Shown here piece by piece: positions 59,559-64,000 of a stretch of 64,000 bases of DNA. A program made the position numbers and the translations under genes. Position 1 is the first letter of the stretch. The number at the start of each line of letters is the position of its first letter. The notes beneath the pieces were generated by a model. The model was not told the DNA's origin and ran no database searches. It saw only the letters and a list, made by a program, of their open reading frames with translations. This DNA is from Escherichia phage AidaStucki_Bas93: the sequence record PQ850593.1; one strand, written 5' to 3'.

Positions 59559-60064
59559 TATTTATTATTGAAACCCTTGCTCCAGTAATACTTACCATTG
59601 CAAGACCTACTACAAAAATGATTTTGGTTTTCTTTGTGGACCTTGTTACTCCTTCTCTCAAAAGATGTGCCACAATTACTGCAAACCAAAGTTATGACCA
59701 CACCCTTAGGTCTGTTCTCTAAGGTCTTCTTTAAGTGATCATTTGTGCTTAGAATCTGAAGGTTAGATATCTCATCATTGGTTGGATTTTGATCAACATG
59801 ATCTACCTCTTCCTCTGTAGTGAGATATCTTCCTATGTGGCAGGACATTAAGTACCTAGCATAAGAAACAGTAGACCTGTCTTTATCAGAGTTGTAAAGA
59901 TCTACAACCCTTCTCCCCTCTCGATTTTGACGAAGATATCCCCACCTCCAGTCATTGCAGTAGGGATAATCTAATTGTATTTTCAAATTACCTCCTGCTC
60001 TATCCATTGAGCTAAGAGCGCTTAATTTATTTAGATCATATCTCGCTTGGTGATAGGACCACAC
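59558..60064 (-). CDS. HNH homing endonuclease with C-terminal zinc finger
   Basis: HVDQNPTNDEISNLQILSTNDH HNH motif plus CSNCG ... CSRSC; stop abuts the inverted-repeat element. Confidence 0.7.
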   Translation of the reverse strand: MWSYHQARYDLNKLSALSSMDRAGGNLKIQLDYPYCNDWRWGYLRQNREGRRVVDLYNSDKDRSTVSYARYLMSCHIGRYLTTEEEVDHVDQNPTNDEISNLQILSTNDHLKKTLENRPKGVVITLVCSNCGTSFERRSNKVHKENQNHFCSRSCNGKYYWSKGFNNK

Positions 60065-60084
60065 ACTTTACATTCATACCAACC

Positions 60085-60336
60085 TTAAGCACATGCAGGG
60101 AGTGTGATGATTTCAGGTTTACCTTCGAACTCTTCAAACAAACCCAAGAATGTAGGGCTATACGTACCAGTACAAACAAACTCATCAAAGAGTTCATTGT
60201 ATGAGGGCTTAATCTTCCAAGCCCACACATAGCCCATCTTATCAATTGCAATGTAACGAGTGTTTAGAGGAACAGTCATCATCACACCATCAACTTCGAC
60301 CACTTTAGTGATTGGTGCAGCTTGGAAGTTTTTCAT
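60085..60336 (-). CDS. hypothetical protein
   Basis: 83-aa ORF. Confidence 0.4.
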   Translation of the reverse strand: MKNFQAAPITKVVEVDGVMMTVPLNTRYIAIDKMGYVWAWKIKPSYNELFDEFVCTGTYSPTFLGLFEEFEGKPEIITLPACA

Positions 60337-60362
60337 ACTTTACCCTTAATTAAAACAACAAA

Positions 60363-60388
60363 GGCCACCCGATTGGGCAGCCTTTTTT
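60363..60388. terminator. terminator-like hairpin
   Basis: GGCCACCC-GATT-GGGCAGCC hairpin with T-run on plus and T-rich run on minus; same hairpin motif as at 38452. Confidence 0.45.
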
Positions 60389-60835
60389 ATTTGTTAACTG
60401 TTATAGATCCAATTACCTTGCTTGTTACGGATAGTGGACATTGCATGAACCCAGAAGCCTTCCAGTTTCAGAGCACCATTAGTTACTGCATCCATACGTT
60501 CAGGGCGGTTCATACGTTTGGTTGATACTTTCATACCTATCTCTCTCTTTGTTAGTGGAGGCATTATTGCCAGTTGATATAGCAGATAACCCTATTAAAA
60601 GGACTACCGACTATCTAAACTGGTGAAGACTCCCTACCCCTAGAGAGTCTCCTGAATCCCAAACCAATATGTACCCCTACATATCGGAAAGTCTACCGAA
60701 AATTAACAGGTTTTAGTCTAACACCGGATGTTCGAGCAAGCTCTCCCTAGCGGTGTGGCATATGCCTGATTTAATAAGTTAATGAGGAACACCCTCACAT
60801 AGCCCTCTGATAAGCACAAGGGCTATAAGTCGGTG

Positions 60836-61132
60836 TTACTTGTCGGCTTCAATCTCTTGATGCTTAGCTATAGCTACTCTCAAGTCCTCATTAGCACGAG
60901 TAAGGCGTAATACTTCATGGTTGAGATTCTGAAGACGCTTGTTTCTATCTTCAACTTGCGTAATAAGATCATTAAGAGTTTCTTTAACTTTCTCACTATA
61001 CATCTCATCCACTCGGACTAGAGATTTGTACATTCTCTCCCAGCTTGCTGCTTTGTTCCTAAGGATAATAAATCCTATAACGCTGATAGTTAAACAGCTT
61101 ACAAAAAGGAATTTATATATCTCTAAAGTCAT
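60836..61132 (-). CDS. membrane-anchored coiled-coil protein
   Basis: N-terminal transmembrane helix then charged helical region. Confidence 0.4.
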   Translation of the reverse strand: MTLEIYKFLFVSCLTISVIGFIILRNKAASWERMYKSLVRVDEMYSEKVKETLNDLITQVEDRNKRLQNLNHEVLRLTRANEDLRVAIAKHQEIEADK

Positions 61133-61331
61133 ATTATTTACCCTTTATCAGAGATTAAAAGTAATATTATTTAAGTAAGTTATATTTAGTAAACTTATTT
61201 TCTAAGAAATTTTCAAAGGGTCTATATACAGAGCATTACCCATAGTCCCAGAACACTACCATCTTTTTCAATAAATTTACTAAGTGGTTGGTTTATAAAG
61301 GAATTTAGTTTGTCAAATCTGGCACTAGAGA

Positions 61332-61721
61332 TTATTCCCTAGAGCTATTATCGAACACTAAATCACCACAATACATAGGATTGGCATACCATTTTGGCAC
61401 CCCTTCGCTCTTACTCTGAAAGTAAGTCCCACTATACAGCGGAACATAATTCTTCTTAAGGGCACGTTTAGCAAGTCGCTCGCTTTCTCCAATGGCTTGC
61501 TTAGTCATCGGATTTTTATCACGAATCAGCTTTACATAACGTTTATAAGGTTTCTCCTGTTTTAATAGTACCGGAATCCACTCAAACTGGTTCTTTTGTC
61601 TTATCACCTGTTCAGCGGTCAGTTTTCGTTGGGCCATTCTATTTATCACGGTATCCGCAACTAAAGCCTTACATGCGGTTGGCTGATTCCCTGCCTCATA
61701 ATAAATAGTCAATGTCAACAT
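61332..61721 (-). CDS. cell-wall hydrolase (SleB/Hydrolase_2-like), endolysin candidate
   Basis: LTIYYEAGNQPTACKALVADTVINRM resembles the Hydrolase_2 N-terminal motif. Confidence 0.5.
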   Translation of the reverse strand: MLTLTIYYEAGNQPTACKALVADTVINRMAQRKLTAEQVIRQKNQFEWIPVLLKQEKPYKRYVKLIRDKNPMTKQAIGESERLAKRALKKNYVPLYSGTYFQSKSEGVPKWYANPMYCGDLVFDNSSRE

Positions 61722-61770
61722 TAGCTGGGCCGTTGTTATCAGAACTTGCTACCTCCTGTTTTACGGGCAT

Positions 61771-61796
61771 AAAAAAGCCCCAGCCGTAGCCGGGGC
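61771..61796 (-). terminator. rho-independent terminator
   Basis: minus-strand GCCCC...GGGGC hairpin followed by TTTTTT. Confidence 0.5.
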
Positions 61797-61856
61797 AAAC
61801 CTGAAAGCAACGCATGACCATTGCTATAAATACACTCGCAAATGCACTTACAGCAA

Positions 61857-61881
61857 CGCAAAAAGCCGCTCAAAGGCGGCT
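61857..61881 (-). terminator. terminator-like hairpin
   Basis: minus-strand AGCCGCC-TTTGA-GCGGCT hairpin followed by TTTTT. Confidence 0.4.
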
Positions 61882-61961
61882 ATGTGGAAGCTTCAAATGG
61901 GGAGAGGGCACGACGCGGCAGAAAGAGCGTCATAGTACTAAAAGAGGGGGCTGCATTCCTA

Positions 61962-62405
61962 CTACTTAACCCTTGCTTCTTTGATGGGGTCAATGTATTT
62001 TTCAACTCCCCACTTGCGTTTACTGTCAGCGTAGAAAACATCAGGTGCACACTGGCTTGTCTTAGGAAATGCTTGCGGGTCTTTCGTGCTACCTTTAAAC
62101 TTCTGTTTACCACGGGTGCGACCATTACAGAAGATCTCTAACTTCTTCTCTTCTTCTGTTTTAGCTCCACCGCTCCGTAATAAAGAGCGTTTATGATCGG
62201 CTAACAATAACGCATCAGCACGATGGACACGATGACCTAAACGTTTTGCCACACTGGAAGGAATAGGAGATTCAGCTTCAGCCTTTGCAGCACGACGTTT
62301 TAAACTACGCTTGCTAATGTGATTAGTTGCCTTTGGTTTCTCTTTCTCCAATTCAGAAATAGAAAAACAACGCCCGCCCTTCATGCTGATTTTAGATTTA
62401 GCCAT
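61962..62405 (-). CDS. hypothetical basic protein
   Basis: 147 aa, K/R-rich. Confidence 0.4.
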   Translation of the reverse strand: MAKSKISMKGGRCFSISELEKEKPKATNHISKRSLKRRAAKAEAESPIPSSVAKRLGHRVHRADALLLADHKRSLLRSGGAKTEEEKKLEIFCNGRTRGKQKFKGSTKDPQAFPKTSQCAPDVFYADSKRKWGVEKYIDPIKEARVK

Positions 62406-62474
62406 TATCTTATTCCTTTCAGTGATAAGTTATATCGGGCAAGCCCATCAAGGCGATAGGCTTGAACAAATAAC

Positions 62475-62684
62475 TCAACCAAGTAAACCAAATGATTTCC
62501 AACTACGCAGTAAGATCGTACCATCATCCATAGTTACGCATAATTTTAGTAGTCGCTTACTGGTACTGCTCACCGTTGTGATTCGTCCGGTTGTGCATTT
62601 ACCTTTATTGCTATAAAGATATATAACACGATGGCCTAACAAGCGGGAAGGAGCTTTCTTAAATTCTGAGATGTTAGTGATCAT
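62475..62684 (-). CDS. hypothetical protein
   Basis: 69-aa ORF. Confidence 0.3.
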   Translation of the reverse strand: MITNISEFKKAPSRLLGHRVIYLYSNKGKCTTGRITTVSSTSKRLLKLCVTMDDGTILLRSWKSFGLLG

Positions 62685-62902
62685 TATCCATATACCTTAA
62701 CATGATTGATTCGACGTGAATGATGATAAGAAGACTCAACAGCCATTGCCTTTAATTCTTCTTTTCGTTGGTTAGTGTGTACAATATCCCAATGATTATG
62801 ATCGTGTTGGCGCTGTAATATCTTACTACATTTGCGATGGTTTCCCGTGCTGCGACGTTTCTCACAAATAGGACACTTGCCAAAATTATTACTGAATATC
62901 AT
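62684..62902 (-). CDS. zinc-finger small protein
   Basis: CPICEKRR ... H-rich segment. Confidence 0.35.
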   Translation of the reverse strand: MIFSNNFGKCPICEKRRSTGNHRKCSKILQRQHDHNHWDIVHTNQRKEELKAMAVESSYHHSRRINHVKVYG

Positions 62903-63126
62903 TTTCTCAATCCTAACTTTCTTAAGACACGGCCTAACGTTGTTTCTTGGGTGATAGTATACCTGACCGCTTCACGTTCCAACGTTTCAATCTTCATTGG
63001 CGACGGATACCATTCACCGGTAAGCATACACCTATACTCAACGCCATACTTTTTAGATAGGCGGTAATGTTGACCGTTGACAAGATTCCTATAAATCGTG
63101 GTATGCGTCGTTAACATAATCGTCAC
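62899..63126 (-). CDS. hypothetical protein
   Basis: 75-aa ORF. Confidence 0.35.
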   Translation of the reverse strand: MTIMLTTHTTIYRNLVNGQHYRLSKKYGVEYRCMLTGEWYPSPMKIETLEREAVRYTITQETTLGRVLRKLGLRK

Positions 63127-63229
63127 CTTTGATTAGATTCTTTGATTAGTACACTGAATCAATGCACTGATAAAAGAAAAGGCGCTACCCGTTAAAGATA
63201 GCGCCTTATGTTTATTTAGATTGTCTTAC

Positions 63230-64000
63230 TTATGCCGCCTGACGTGCCGCCATAATTTCAGCCGCTTTGCGCAATACTTCTTCTTCTTCTGCTTTCGCCG
63301 CTTGTTCGGTACGGGTAGCAACCGTTGAAGAGATACGACCGCGCAGATTATCTAACTTCTCTTGCATAGCTGCGATGGTCTTTTCCATTTCATCAGCGTA
63401 TGAGTCCAGTGATTCTAGTTCCTTGCTCGATGCGTTCATCAGATAATCATCCGAGATCGCTACCGTCGAGGCCGTGACTTTCTTGATCAGTGAGTCAAAG
63501 GATTTTTTAACCTTCCCTACTTCTTCACTTAAGGCAATAGTGTTATCACTGGTAGCGCCGTTGCGCTCGTCAGCCAGCAATTTAGCTTCAATACGGATTG
63601 CATTCAAGCGGTCAACTAAAGCGTAAATATCCTGATTAAAATCTTCCTTGTTTTTCGCCGGGATTTGCAGGTGTGCCGCCACGTTGTCATTGCAACCTTT
63701 ATAGAAGTTAGGATTATCTACTTCAATTGCACGACCTAACGCAAAGTTTTCGAAAGCATTTGACCAGCGAGCGCGGTTTTGTTCCATTTTGGCCTTAATT
63801 TGCGCTTCTTTCGCATCTTCTTTCGCTTTCGCTTCACCTTCCAGATTAATCCATTTTTTACGACCGTTTGCCGCACCAGTATTAAACTTGATTGGAGTTA
63901 AGAAAGTAATTGCAGTGGCAATAACATCCATATCGCGGAAACGTTCAGTTAACAGAAAATCGACCGCCGCTTGCAATACATCTAACTTTTTACCGTTGCT
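63230..64000 (-). CDS. hypothetical protein, 5'-truncated by the window edge
   Basis: frame stays open to position 64000; K/E/A-rich helical protein; sequence looks more GC- and CG-rich than the rest of the window. Confidence 0.4.
   Translation of the reverse strand, partial: SNGKKLDVLQAAVDFLLTERFRDMDVIATAITFLTPIKFNTGAANGRKKWINLEGEAKAKEDAKEAQIKAKMEQNRARWSNAFENFALGRAIEVDNPNFYKGCNDNVAAHLQIPAKNKEDFNQDIYALVDRLNAIRIEAKLLADERNGATSDNTIALSEEVGKVKKSFDSLIKKVTASTVAISDDYLMNASSKELESLDSYADEMEKTIAAMQEKLDNLRGRISSTVATRTEQAAKAEEEEVLRKAAEIMAARQAA

Overview
This 64 kb window is almost entirely a lytic tailed-phage genome, organised as two convergent arms meeting at a bidirectional terminator near 28.3 kb. The plus-strand arm (1..28297) is the virion/late module: large terminase, portal, scaffold, major capsid (with an apparent -1 frameshift Ig-like extension), tail and fibre proteins, a GH24 lysozyme, an SLT transglycosylase and several large putative internal virion proteins. 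The minus-strand arm (64000 down to 28348) is the early/replication module: a T7-type replisome (gp4-like primase-helicase, family-A DNA polymerase, gp2.5-like SSB, FEN 5'-3' exonuclease), nucleotide metabolism (ThyX, dCTP deaminase, thioredoxin, PhoH, HAD-like phosphatase), an ECF-like sigma factor, spanins, four HNH endonucleases, and many small unknown ORFs. The polymerase is unusual: its 3'-5' exonuclease domain is a separate ORF about 7 kb upstream, and the polymerase-domain gene is interrupted by a likely group I intron carrying an HNH gene. The most striking feature is a minus-strand cluster (about 47.4-56.8 kb) of a GGCT-like enzyme, a RimK-like ATP-grasp ligase, a class-II glutamine amidotransferase and two candidate GS-like amidoligases, flanked by large unknown proteins; I read it as a candidate amide-bond/peptide-ligation system with no assigned phage function. 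No T7-like RNA polymerase, CRISPR array, rRNA or canonical tRNA was found. The sigma factor plus a recurring TAATGTATA motif loosely recalls phiEco32-like coliphages, but that is recollection, not a search result. All calls rest on motifs read by eye in the supplied six-frame translations; no database search or folding program was run.
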